The notes beneath the pieces were generated by a model that worked only from the letters and a program-made list of their open reading frames with translations, was not told where the DNA came from and made no database searches. Of a DNA stretch of 47,507 nt, positions 1-7,963 are shown piece after piece. A program made the translations under genes and the position numbers. Source of the stretch: Minisyncoccales bacterium (GTDB lineage Bacteria; Patescibacteriota; Minisyncoccia; Minisyncoccales; JAGMDC01); assembly GCA_049642725.1 (NCBI GenBank), contig JBARPC010000005.1, forward strand, positions 1 through 47,507, in the 5' to 3' direction. Each line of letters begins with the position of its first letter. The first letter of the stretch is position 1.

Positions 1-137
1 GGTAGAACCAGTAAAAGCAGATGAAAACAAGTAAGGTATTGACTTTTTTTTATTAAATAGTAAAATCACAATATAGTAGCTTTTTCAGAAAGGTCGGGCT
101 ACTGAATGAAAAAATAAAGTTAAGAAATTACAGACTT

Positions 138-467
138 ATGGCAAAAGACAATGACAAAGAATTTCTTGAGTACATTATTAAAGGATTAGTAGACCACCCT
201 GACGATGTTAAGGTAGACAGAAGCGTAGATGAAATGGGGGTATTGCTTTCTCTTAAGATTCATTCTGAAGATATGGGTCAGGTAATCGGGAAAGCTGGCT
301 CCACTGCAAGATCTATCCGAAACTTAGTCAGAATTGTTGGTCTTAAAAACCATGCTAGGGTAAACTTAAAGATTGAGGAACCCGAGGGTGGCAAAGCTAC
401 TACTCGAGATACTCAAGAAAGAAAAGAAACCAGTGCTAAAGAAAGCCTGGACGATCTCAAATTGTAA
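138..467 (+). CDS. KH-domain RNA-binding protein (YlqC-like; sits where the rpsP-KH-rimM-trmD neighbourhood is expected)
   Basis: Carries the GKAGSTARSIRNLVRIVG motif typical of a KH domain. The position immediately upstream of trmD matches the conserved operon. Confidence 0.55.
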   Translation: MAKDNDKEFLEYIIKGLVDHPDDVKVDRSVDEMGVLLSLKIHSEDMGQVIGKAGSTARSIRNLVRIVGLKNHARVNLKIEEPEGGKATTRDTQERKETSAKESLDDLKL

Positions 468-483
468 GTTTACAAACAATAGA

Positions 484-518
484 AAACCGTGCTATCATAT
501 TTGATAGCGCGGTTTTTG
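484..518 (+). terminator. Imperfect hairpin plus T-run between the KH gene and trmD (terminator or attenuator)
   Basis: accgtgctatca / tgatagcgcggt stem followed by tttttgttttc. Confidence 0.4.
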
Positions 519-534
519 TTTTCTTCGTCAAACT

Positions 535-1218
535 ATGCGTTTTGATATTATCACAATTTTTCCGGACATTTTTGACTCTTATTTTAAAGAGAGTTTGATT
601 TTACGCGCCCAAAAAAAGAGATTGATACATATTAAAATTCATAATCTAAGAGATTTTACTTTTGATAAGCATCATGTTGTTGATGACAGGCCTTTTGGCG
701 GCGGCTTTGGAATGGTGATGAAAATAGAACCCATTTTTAGAGCAGTAAATACTGTGAAGAAAATACAAAATCCAAAATCCAAAACCATTCTTTTCACGCC
801 GAGAGGGAAAAAATTCAATCAAAAAATGGCTTATCAGCTTTCTAAAAATGACCAGCTTATTTTAATCTGCGGCAGATACGAGGGGTTTGACGAGAGAGTA
901 GCAAAAATTGCTGATATGGAATTATCTATTGGTGATTATGTTCTAATGGGCGGTGAACTGCCGGCAATGGTAGTGGTAGAAACAATAGCTCGTTTAATTC
1001 CAGGCGTTATTGGCAAGCCAGAGTTATTAAAAGAAAGAATTCCAGTTAAACGCGGCAGAGGAGGCAGGGGATTTATTGAATATCCTCAATATACCAGACC
1101 GGAAGTTTTTAGCCCTAAAAAAGGTGTTTCTTGGAAAGCGCCTAAGGTTCTGTTGTCCGGCAATCAGAAGAAAATTGAACAATGGAGAAAAGAACACAGA
1201 AAAATCATCTTGTCCTGA
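535..1218 (+). CDS. trmD: tRNA (guanine37-N1)-methyltransferase TrmD
   Basis: Classic TrmD motifs: IFPDIF, FGGGFGMVMK, ICGRYEGFDERV and LMGGELPAMVVVE (SPOUT knot). Confidence 0.9.
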   Translation: MRFDIITIFPDIFDSYFKESLILRAQKKRLIHIKIHNLRDFTFDKHHVVDDRPFGGGFGMVMKIEPIFRAVNTVKKIQNPKSKTILFTPRGKKFNQKMAYQLSKNDQLILICGRYEGFDERVAKIADMELSIGDYVLMGGELPAMVVVETIARLIPGVIGKPELLKERIPVKRGRGGRGFIEYPQYTRPEVFSPKKGVSWKAPKVLLSGNQKKIEQWRKEHRKIILS

Positions 1219-1273
1219 GGCCTGCCGAAGTATTGAAAAATAAGTAGTTTTATGGTATGTTATATCTGAAAAT

Positions 1274-1357
1274 GGGTAGGTTCCTGAGCGGCCAAAGGGG
1301 ACTGGCTGTAAACCAGTTGGCCTCGTGCCTTCGGGGGTTCGAATCCCTCCCTGCCCA
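1274..1357 (+). tRNA. tRNA-Tyr (anticodon GTA), bacterial type with long variable arm
   Basis: Acceptor gggtagg/cctgccc, anticodon stem actgg/ccagt with loop ctGTAaa, long variable arm, T-loop ttcgaat. Near-identical in layout to E. coli tRNA-Tyr. Confidence 0.8.
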
Positions 1358-1485
1358 CCCCTTCGCCAAGGCTTCGGGGTGCAAAGCACTCCTTTATCAA
1401 AATCGTTGAATATGAGTCGTAACGAAGTTGATAGTTTTAGCGAAGGGGTGTTCTCCGAAGCTTTAGCGAAGGAGAACAACAATTT

Positions 1486-1725
1486 ATGCATTATGTTTAT
1501 ATTTTAAAAAGTGTTAAAGATGGAAGCAATTATATCGGCGTAACAAAAGATTTAAGTAAAAGAATCAGAGAACACAATTCTATTGGTTTGAAGTTTACCA
1601 CTACAAAAAGACCTTATAAGATTATTTGGTATTCTACCTTTTTAGACAAAGTAAAGGCATATCGATTTGAAAAATATTTAAAAACCGGTTCTGGAATTGC
1701 ATTTTTGAGAAAACATTTAATATAA
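1486..1725 (+). CDS. GIY-YIG nuclease family protein
   Basis: N-terminal YVYILKS...NYIGVTKDLSKRIREHN matches the GIY-YIG motif. SD-like ggagaa lies upstream. Confidence 0.65.
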   Translation: MHYVYILKSVKDGSNYIGVTKDLSKRIREHNSIGLKFTTTKRPYKIIWYSTFLDKVKAYRFEKYLKTGSGIAFLRKHLI

Positions 1726-1732
1726 ATTAAAA

Positions 1733-1939
1733 ATGAAAAATAAAAAACCATCTGAAAATGATTTCAAAAAAGAAATTACTATGTGTCAGGAATTGTGCAG
1801 GAAAAACAATGGCAAGTGCAATTGGGGAAAATGTAAGGATTGCGGAGTAATTTTTCTGCTATATAAATTACACAAAGGAAAACTAATTGAAGATAAAAAC
1901 CAAATTGAAAAACTTAGAAAGAAAATTTTGAAGATATAG
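1733..1939 (+). CDS. Small Cys-rich hypothetical protein
   Basis: 68-aa ORF with CxxxC...CxxxxC...CxxC pattern. Its stop sits 3 nt before tRNA-Thr. Confidence 0.3.
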   Translation: MKNKKPSENDFKKEITMCQELCRKNNGKCNWGKCKDCGVIFLLYKLHKGKLIEDKNQIEKLRKKILKI

Positions 1940-1942
1940 ACT

Positions 1943-2014
1943 GCCGATGTAGTTCAGTGGTAGAACATCCCCTTGGTAAGGGGAAGGTCGGGAGTCCAAT
2001 TCTCCCCGTCGGCT
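1943..2014 (+). tRNA. tRNA-Thr (anticodon GGT)
   Basis: Acceptor gccgatg/cgtcggc, D-arm gttc-agtggta-gaac, anticodon stem tcccc/gggga with loop ttGGTaa. Confidence 0.75.
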
Positions 2015-2139
2015 TGCTTAAAGGGCGTGAGGTCAAAGGTTCGATTACGCTAGGTCTATTGAAGACGTCTGTTGAAGTCTGACGTCAACAGACCTTCCGC
2101 CTATAAATAAAGTCGTCAGTAAAACAATAAAATAAAATC

Positions 2140-2304
2140 ATGGCAACAAAAAAGAAACCATTTATAAAACTTCAGTGCAAGGAATGTAAGCGAATAAATT
2201 ATTATACTCACAAATCAAAAGGAATAACTGAGAAGAAGTTAGAGTTGAAGAAATTCTGCAAATGGTGCCAGAAGCATACAGCGCATAAAGAAATGAAAAA
2301 ATAA
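2140..2304 (+). CDS. rpmG: 50S ribosomal protein L33
   Basis: 54 aa, MATKKKPFIKLQCKECKRINYYTHKSKG...KFCKWCQKHTAHKEMKK, with two CxxC zinc-ribbon pairs. It is below the length cut-off of the ORF track. Confidence 0.8.
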   Translation: MATKKKPFIKLQCKECKRINYYTHKSKGITEKKLELKKFCKWCQKHTAHKEMKK

Positions 2305-2310
2305 GTAACT

Positions 2311-2895
2311 ATGAGCGATTTAGAAAACATTGAGAAACTGGAAAAAATTCTGAAAAAGAACGAAAAGGTTCAAGCCATTCTGAAATTAGCGCCTTCTCTG
2401 AAAATGCCGAACTGGTATTTGGGCGCTGGATGTATTGCTCAAACCGTATGGAATATATTGCATAGCTTTGAGCCGAATAAGGGAATCAGAGATTACGATT
2501 TGGTGTATTATGATAGTTCTGACCTTTCTTCCGATGGAGAAGATTTCTATATTAAGAAAGGAGAGAAATTATTTAAGGATTTTCCTGTTTTGGTAGAAAT
2601 TAAAAACGAGGCAAGGGTGCATTTGTGGTACAAAAATCATTTCGGGTATGAAATCCAGCCATATAAGTCGGTGGAAGATGCCATCAGAACGTGGCCTACT
2701 ACAGCTACATCTGTGGGAGTGAAATACGGAGATGATAAATTCAAAATTTTTGCGCCGTATGGATTGGATGATCTTTTGGGAATGATAGTAAAAGCTAATA
2801 AGATTCAGATTACAAAAGAAATATACCAGAAAAAGACAGAAAGATGGATGAAGATATGGCCAAAAATTAGAGTAATTTCGTGGAACGATTCCTAA
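2311..2895 (+). CDS. Putative nucleotidyltransferase-family protein (DUF925-like)
   Basis: WYLGAGCIAQTVWN...DYDLVYYD motifs resemble nucleotidyltransferase-fold proteins. Family assignment is from memory. Confidence 0.45.
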   Translation: MSDLENIEKLEKILKKNEKVQAILKLAPSLKMPNWYLGAGCIAQTVWNILHSFEPNKGIRDYDLVYYDSSDLSSDGEDFYIKKGEKLFKDFPVLVEIKNEARVHLWYKNHFGYEIQPYKSVEDAIRTWPTTATSVGVKYGDDKFKIFAPYGLDDLLGMIVKANKIQITKEIYQKKTERWMKIWPKIRVISWNDS

Positions 2896-2900
2896 ATCCG

Positions 2901-2969
2901 TCTTGATTTGAAAAAATTCTGCAAATGGTGCAAAAAGCATACAGCGCATAAGGAGGGGAAGAAGTAAAA
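2901..2969 (+). repeat. Direct copy (copy 2) of the rpmG 3' end plus an SD-like ggagggg
   Basis: aaattctgcaaatggtgcaaaaagcatacagcgcataa matches rpmG 2251-2289. It has no start codon and sits directly after the stop of the upstream gene. Confidence 0.8.
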
Positions 2970-2971
2970 CT

Positions 2972-3427
2972 ATGGAAGATTGTATATTCTGTAAAATTGC
3001 AAAAGGAGAGATTGATTCAGCGAAAATCTGGGAGAATGAGAAATTTCTCGCAATCCTTGATGTTAGTCCAAACACCAAGGGAATGACGCTTTTGTTAATT
3101 AAAGACCATTACGATTCGTATATGTTTGATATACCAGATAATATTTATACAGAATTTATGCTAGCCGCAAAGAAAGTTTCTAAAATCTTAGAGCAAGGAT
3201 TAGATGTAAAGCGTGTTGCTATGGTCATGGAGGGAATGGGCATTAATCATGCGCACTTGAAGTTATATCCGCTCCATGGGATTAAGGATAAGTTTGAGGA
3301 GATGTGGGCAAAGGAAAAGATCTTTTTTGAAAAGTATGAAGGCTATGTCTCGACACAATTAGGCCCAAGAGTTGACTTAGAAGAACTGAAACGACTTGCA
3401 GAAGAAATTAAGAAAAAGAATTTATAA
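2972..3427 (+). CDS. HIT-family (histidine triad) protein
   Basis: CIFCKI...ILDVSPNTKGMTLLL plus NHAHLKLYP, a degenerate HxHxHxx motif. Confidence 0.55.
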   Translation: MEDCIFCKIAKGEIDSAKIWENEKFLAILDVSPNTKGMTLLLIKDHYDSYMFDIPDNIYTEFMLAAKKVSKILEQGLDVKRVAMVMEGMGINHAHLKLYPLHGIKDKFEEMWAKEKIFFEKYEGYVSTQLGPRVDLEELKRLAEEIKKKNL

Positions 3428-3492
3428 TCTTGATTTGAAAAAATTCTGCAAATGGTGCAGAAAGCATACAGCGCATAAGGAGGGGAAGAGAT
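3428..3492 (+). repeat. Direct copy (copy 3) of the rpmG 3' end plus ggagggg
   Basis: Near-identical to 2901-2969, with one A/G difference in the core. Confidence 0.8.
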
Positions 3493-3507
3493 AATTAACT
3501 CTTAAAC

Positions 3508-3858
3508 ATGGAAATAAAAATTGTTAAGGATTCTATAAATAAAAAAGAACTTATTGATATAACAAGAGGACAATTTGGTAATTTAGTAAAGGCAGCGGTT
3601 GATATTGAGCAAGAAATAATGGCTGTGGGCGGTGAAATGCACGCCGATGAAGAAGTAGCATTAATGGAACAGGAAAATTCAAAACGGGAGCATACATGGT
3701 GCATTAATCTTTATCCGGAAAAGAGCGGCGAGGAATTGATAGAATTTGATTCTATAAATAATATCAAGCCTTTCTATGATAATCGTTCGCGAGATGTAGA
3801 AAATCCGAAGACAAAAGAGGAAATCAAAGTAATTGTAAATAAATTAGTTGTGGAGTAA
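3508..3858 (+). CDS. Hypothetical protein
   Basis: 116-aa ORF lying 12 nt after the ggagggg of repeat copy 3. Confidence 0.45.
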   Translation: MEIKIVKDSINKKELIDITRGQFGNLVKAAVDIEQEIMAVGGEMHADEEVALMEQENSKREHTWCINLYPEKSGEELIEFDSINNIKPFYDNRSRDVENPKTKEEIKVIVNKLVVE

Positions 3859-3862
3859 AAAC

Positions 3863-4198
3863 ATGAAGATTATCCATAAAGAATTAGCGTCGGGAAGATG
3901 GTTTCAGCTTTCTTTAGCCGAGCAAATGGCAAATATCGGAAGCGAAGTGAGCAGGGCCTGTAAATGGCAGGGAAAAGATGAAGATATTTTTTGTGGCGCG
4001 GTTGAACGAGCATTAGAACTTTTTGATTTAACATTAAAGGATCCGCGCTGGAATAAACGATTAAAAGAAATTGCTCGCGCCAGAGAATTATTTTGCGATG
4101 CAATTACTGGTGGAAAAGAATATAAAAGCACGCTTAAAGATCTTGACCGTTATTTCTTTTGTTACGCTTTTTACGCTCGCAATAAAATAGGGGCATAG
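3863..4198 (+). CDS. Hypothetical protein (an alternative upstream start exists at 3848)
   Basis: Open frame with no recognisable domain. Its stop codon overlaps the first bases of tRNA-Trp. Confidence 0.4.
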   Translation: MKIIHKELASGRWFQLSLAEQMANIGSEVSRACKWQGKDEDIFCGAVERALELFDLTLKDPRWNKRLKEIARARELFCDAITGGKEYKSTLKDLDRYFFCYAFYARNKIGA

Positions 4199-4262
4199 TT
4201 CAACGGCAGAATAGTGGTCTCCAAAACCATTGATGAGGGTTCGAATCCTTCTGTCCCTGCCA
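4189..4262 (+). tRNA. tRNA-Trp (anticodon CCA), with CCA encoded
   Basis: Acceptor aggggca/tgtccct, anticodon stem gtggt/accat with loop ctCCAaa, T-loop ttcgaat, terminal gcca. Confidence 0.8.
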
Positions 4263-4291
4263 TCATATGCTAAGTCAGGTGACTGAGACGC
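4263..4291 (+). repeat. Conserved 29-nt trailer tcaYatgctaagtcaRgtgactgagacgc, copy 1
   Basis: It immediately follows the CCA end of tRNA-Trp. A second copy at 28858-28886 follows another ...tgcca end. Confidence 0.7.
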
Positions 4292-4364
4292 ACGTGTGTT
4301 AAATACTTGGTGTCTAATAATTAAAATAAAAGAAGATATGCTAAATAAATGATAATTACTATTT

Positions 4365-5048
4365 ATGATTTACAAACATCAATATTTTAGTTTAGATGCT
4401 AAAGCTAAAAAGGTTTTTGACGAAAACGAAAGAGAACTTCGTTTGACGGGCAATGCTTATCGCATGCTCGTTTTTTTGTGCGAAAACAAAAATGCCAATC
4501 TTACAGAAGTTGGTGATTATTTTGATTGGGCTAAAGATTACAGCGAAAACCACATTAGGCAATATAGATACAAGATAAATACCATTATTGGTCGTGATGT
4601 GGTTGAGTATAAAAATGGGGTTTATTCCTTGATAGGAGAGGTAAAAGAGATAGAGAATTTAGAAAAGAGCCAACGTAATACGGATTTATTACAGGGTAGT
4701 GATATAAAATTAGAGAAAGATATTATGAACAAAATTAGAAATATCAAATTCAGCATTATACCAGGAATAATAGCTTCAACTTTATTGCTATTAACTTTTT
4801 TGGACTGGCCATATGGTTATTATAACTTTTTAAGAATAATCGTAGCAGGTGCAGCTATTTATTACGCATATTATCTTTATCAAAAACTTAAAGAATTAGA
4901 TTTGTGGTTCTGGGGTTTAATTGCCATCGCAATTATTTTTAATCCTATTGTTCCAATCTATTTAGGCGACAAAACAATATGGATAATTATTGATGTAATA
5001 GCAGCGATATTTTTTATAAGTTTCATTATTAAATTTAAGAAAAAATAA
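4365..5048 (+). CDS. ToxR/CadC-like membrane-bound regulator (OmpR-type winged helix at N-terminus, C-terminal TM helices)
   Basis: LRLTGNAYRMLVFLCENKNANLTEVGDYFDWA...SENHIRQYRYKINTIIG...GVYSL resembles a trans_reg_C wHTH. The C-terminal 80 aa are hydrophobic. Confidence 0.45.
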   Translation: MIYKHQYFSLDAKAKKVFDENERELRLTGNAYRMLVFLCENKNANLTEVGDYFDWAKDYSENHIRQYRYKINTIIGRDVVEYKNGVYSLIGEVKEIENLEKSQRNTDLLQGSDIKLEKDIMNKIRNIKFSIIPGIIASTLLLLTFLDWPYGYYNFLRIIVAGAAIYYAYYLYQKLKELDLWFWGLIAIAIIFNPIVPIYLGDKTIWIIIDVIAAIFFISFIIKFKKK

Positions 5049-5049
5049 T

Positions 5050-5568
5050 ATGAAAGAAAATTTAGAAATTAAAGTTTTTATATCTATATTTTTTATAAGT
5101 TTAATTATATGTTTGGTTGGTTATTTTTGCGTCCCTTCTCCGAAAATAAGCATTGGCGAGGGGCTTTTTATTTCTATTGCCATCTCTGTATTTATTGCTT
5201 TATTTATTACTCTAATCTGCATAATAATTAATTGGATTTTACTTGCTAAATCATTTATCACTAAAAAATTATTATTTGAAAGTGATGTATCGGCGGCAAG
5301 GCAACAAAAAGAATTAGAGCAACAAAAAATCGGGAATAATGCAAAAACGAAAAAGAATAAATTAGCTGTCACAGGTTTCATTTTAGGCGTACTTTCTATT
5401 TTTTTAAGCTGGATAGGAATTATTCCAATTTTGGCTTTAATTTTATCAAGTATAGGATTGCATCAAACCAAAGAACGAAAAGAAAGTGGCGAAGTTTTAG
5501 CCATTATTGGATTAATTTTAGGCATTATTTTTACGCTAATATATATGAAAACTTACGGACATATCTAA
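5050..5568 (+). CDS. Membrane protein with a DUF4190-like C-terminal domain
   Basis: Multiple TM segments. The C-terminal AVTGFILGVLSIFLSWIGIIPIL...LGIIFTLIY motif is DUF4190-like. Confidence 0.45.
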   Translation: MKENLEIKVFISIFFISLIICLVGYFCVPSPKISIGEGLFISIAISVFIALFITLICIIINWILLAKSFITKKLLFESDVSAARQQKELEQQKIGNNAKTKKNKLAVTGFILGVLSIFLSWIGIIPILALILSSIGLHQTKERKESGEVLAIIGLILGIIFTLIYMKTYGHI

Positions 5569-5583
5569 AAATAAATTTGTCTT

Positions 5584-6108
5584 ATGAAAGAAAAAACTAA
5601 AACCAAAAAACAAAAGCTTCTAAGTATTTTCTTGTTATATGTGTTTACTTTTGGGCTGTATTTTTTATTCTGGTTTTATAATAGCTGGAAGAAGATTAAA
5701 GATTATACCGAAACAAGTTTTAATCTTTCTTGGAAGATAATAGGTTTATTTATACCAATCTATAATATGTGGGTAGTCTATACTCTCTTTCGTGAAGTTA
5801 ATTTACTTAGAAAAAAAATTAATCTTCCATGTATATATCCTCCAGAAGCTTTGGCTTTTTTATTTATTCTTTTAACATTTTTGATAAGAGGATTACCTGA
5901 TCCATGGTGGATTATCGCTTTTCTATTGAGCGTTCTTCCTATATTAGAATGTCAAGCTGAGTTAAATGAATATTGGGATAATAAAAATGAGTCTATTAAA
6001 GAAGATATTGATGCACAATCTAATAAAATAATAAAGAATTGTCCTAATTGTGGGGCTAAAATTAAAAGAGGTGCAAGTTTTTGTGCTCAATGTGGTGACA
6101 AAGTATGA
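5584..6108 (+). CDS. Membrane protein with C-terminal zinc ribbon
   Basis: TM helices followed by CPNCGAKIKRGASFCAQCG. Confidence 0.45.
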   Translation: MKEKTKTKKQKLLSIFLLYVFTFGLYFLFWFYNSWKKIKDYTETSFNLSWKIIGLFIPIYNMWVVYTLFREVNLLRKKINLPCIYPPEALAFLFILLTFLIRGLPDPWWIIAFLLSVLPILECQAELNEYWDNKNESIKEDIDAQSNKIIKNCPNCGAKIKRGASFCAQCGDKV

Positions 6109-7457
6109 TTTGTCCAAATTGCAAAAAAAGAATATCTAAAGATGATAAATTTTGCGGATATTGTGGTTCAAGAATTAATTTTAAAGAAGAAAAAAGTAAT
6201 TATCCAAAAGTTCTTGATAAACACAAAATAGAATACATTAGTCGTCCCAGAAAACAAGATATTCAAAAAAGACATACAAGTATAATACATACTTTACACA
6301 ATCACTGGAAGGCAACTCTTTGGATAATTATCGCACTTTTTATTTTCTGGAGTATTATTTCTGATAGTGGATTTGGCACAAGAGAATTTCCTGAATTAGC
6401 AGAACCAAAAACTATAACTTTTGAATGGAAATACAATGGCTTTAAGTATGTCATAACAGAGACCTTTTATAAAACAGTTTATGATTATTACAACTCAAAT
6501 CCAGATAAACATTGTTGGCAAGAAGTAGAAGATTATGAAATTTGTCTTAAAAGGTTTTTAGAAGAAGCAAAGGAAGATAACACAATTTCTAAAATTGCAT
6601 CAGATATTAAAACAATAGCTTTAAAAGAGAGGTTCGGGGGTGATGAATTATTAGAATTAACCGTAGCTTTTGTTCAGTCAATTCCTTATGACGAAGATAG
6701 ATTTGAATTAATTGCACATCCCAATAAACTTGAAGATTTATATCCAAACTATCCCTACGAAGTTTTGTATAACAATAAAGGGGTTTGTGCAGGTAAGACA
6801 TTTTTAGCCGTATCACTTATTAAAGAACTTGATTATGGAGTTGCTATGTTTTATTACGAACCTGTAATAGAAGATGAAGTTGGACACATAGTTCCAGCAA
6901 TTGAATGTTCTAAAGAATACTCCTCATATGATTCTGGTTACTGCTATACAGAAATTACAGAAAAAGGATTTAAAATAGGAGAGATACCGATAGACATTGA
7001 TGATGGAATAGCCAAAACACGAACAGCTATAAATTTATTTGAAGAAGAAAATATATTTGATTCGGATAATTTAGGGTTAGGAAATGCGGAAATTTATGTA
7101 ATAGCATATGGTGATAGTTATTATGGAATAATCAACACTATGCAAACAATAGAGAGAGTAGAAAAGTTAGAGAAAGAAATGGATACATTATATCGTGTTA
7201 TAAATTCGTTAGACAAAGAAGCTCAACAGTTAGAAAACAGTGTAGACTATTATGATCAACAAAGTGAGGCGGCTTATAAAAGACACATGGTTTTAGAAGA
7301 TTATAGTTCATATAATGAATATAGCAGGCTATACTCCCAGTACGAATCTGCTCATAAGAGATACGAATCTAAATTAAATGAATATAATAAAAAAATAGAC
7401 AAATATAACGATTTCGTTGAGGAATATAATGTTCTAATAGAAGATTTTTATAAATAA
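6105..7457 (+). CDS. Zinc-ribbon / transglutaminase-like domain membrane protein
   Basis: N-terminal CPNCKK...CGYCG, one TM helix, then a Cys-His-Asp core (GVCAGKTFLAVSLIKELDYG...VGHIVPAIE) and a Tyr-rich coiled C-terminus. Confidence 0.5.
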   Translation: MICPNCKKRISKDDKFCGYCGSRINFKEEKSNYPKVLDKHKIEYISRPRKQDIQKRHTSIIHTLHNHWKATLWIIIALFIFWSIISDSGFGTREFPELAEPKTITFEWKYNGFKYVITETFYKTVYDYYNSNPDKHCWQEVEDYEICLKRFLEEAKEDNTISKIASDIKTIALKERFGGDELLELTVAFVQSIPYDEDRFELIAHPNKLEDLYPNYPYEVLYNNKGVCAGKTFLAVSLIKELDYGVAMFYYEPVIEDEVGHIVPAIECSKEYSSYDSGYCYTEITEKGFKIGEIPIDIDDGIAKTRTAINLFEEENIFDSDNLGLGNAEIYVIAYGDSYYGIINTMQTIERVEKLEKEMDTLYRVINSLDKEAQQLENSVDYYDQQSEAAYKRHMVLEDYSSYNEYSRLYSQYESAHKRYESKLNEYNKKIDKYNDFVEEYNVLIEDFYK

Positions 7458-7461
7458 ATCT

Positions 7462-7959
7462 ATGAAAGAAAAAATTAAAAAAAATTGGAAATTAATTTTA
7501 TTATTTTTAAGTATAATCTTTTTTATAATATTATATTTTTTATTTGTTTTTGATATTGGTCTAAATAGTGAACACTTTGTAAGAAGAGATTTTAATGGTG
7601 CTTTTTTAGCAAGAGAAACAGGAAATTGTAGTTTATTTAAAGAGTATGTTTCGGAACAATATAAAGAAGAATGGAATGAAAAATGTATGAATGAAAAAGA
7701 TAAATCTATTAGTCCTATAAGAAATTTCAGTATAAAAAATATCACTATAGCTAACGAAAAAGCTTTTCTACAAGTAGAAATAGAAAGAGAACTAAATATT
7801 ATAGCAAGAGCTGAAATAGAAAAAGAACTCGGTAGAGAGTTTGAAGCAATCTTCAACTTCAATTATGATATGGAAAAAACCAATTCCGATAAATTCTTAT
7901 ATATCATTCCTAAAACAAGGTGGATTATTATGAATGAAATTATGACAAAAATGAGATAA
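7462..7959 (+). CDS. Membrane-anchored hypothetical protein
   Basis: N-terminal MKEKIKKNW plus a TM helix. The 5' end motif is shared with neighbouring genes. Confidence 0.4.
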   Translation: MKEKIKKNWKLILLFLSIIFFIILYFLFVFDIGLNSEHFVRRDFNGAFLARETGNCSLFKEYVSEQYKEEWNEKCMNEKDKSISPIRNFSIKNITIANEKAFLQVEIERELNIIARAEIEKELGREFEAIFNFNYDMEKTNSDKFLYIIPKTRWIIMNEIMTKMR

Positions 7960-7963
7960 ATCT

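Noticed and set aside
1027-1491. Antisense and overlapping ORFs from the track (e.g. 1027..1491-, 1325..1507+, 2569..3078-, 3495..3704-, 3870..4131-, 5121..5381-, 6607..6816-, 7434..7862-, 12098..13285+, 13479..14396 pair, 15710..15967+, 16430..16780+, 18126..18507, 19455..19772-, 20415..20660-, 23166..23372-, 26361..26570-, 30310..30516-, 30478..30660+, 31217..31620-, 31735..31947-, 32760..33035-, 33924..34304-, 34504..34734-, 35989..36444-, 36616..36928-, 37024..37645-, 37804..37989-, 38503..38867-, 39564..39752-, 40699..40947-, 41034..42167-, 44357..44575-, 45726..45911-, 46300..46524-)
   Set aside because: Each lies inside, or antisense to, a longer ORF with clear domain signatures or overlaps a tRNA. 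They have low-complexity translations and no motifs, so I treat them as spurious.
2015-2100. Possible tRNA fragment or pseudo-tRNA after tRNA-Thr (aggttcgatt motif plus hairpin gtctgttga/tcaacagac)
   Set aside because: No acceptor or anticodon arms can be built. It is more likely a 3' processing or terminator hairpin.
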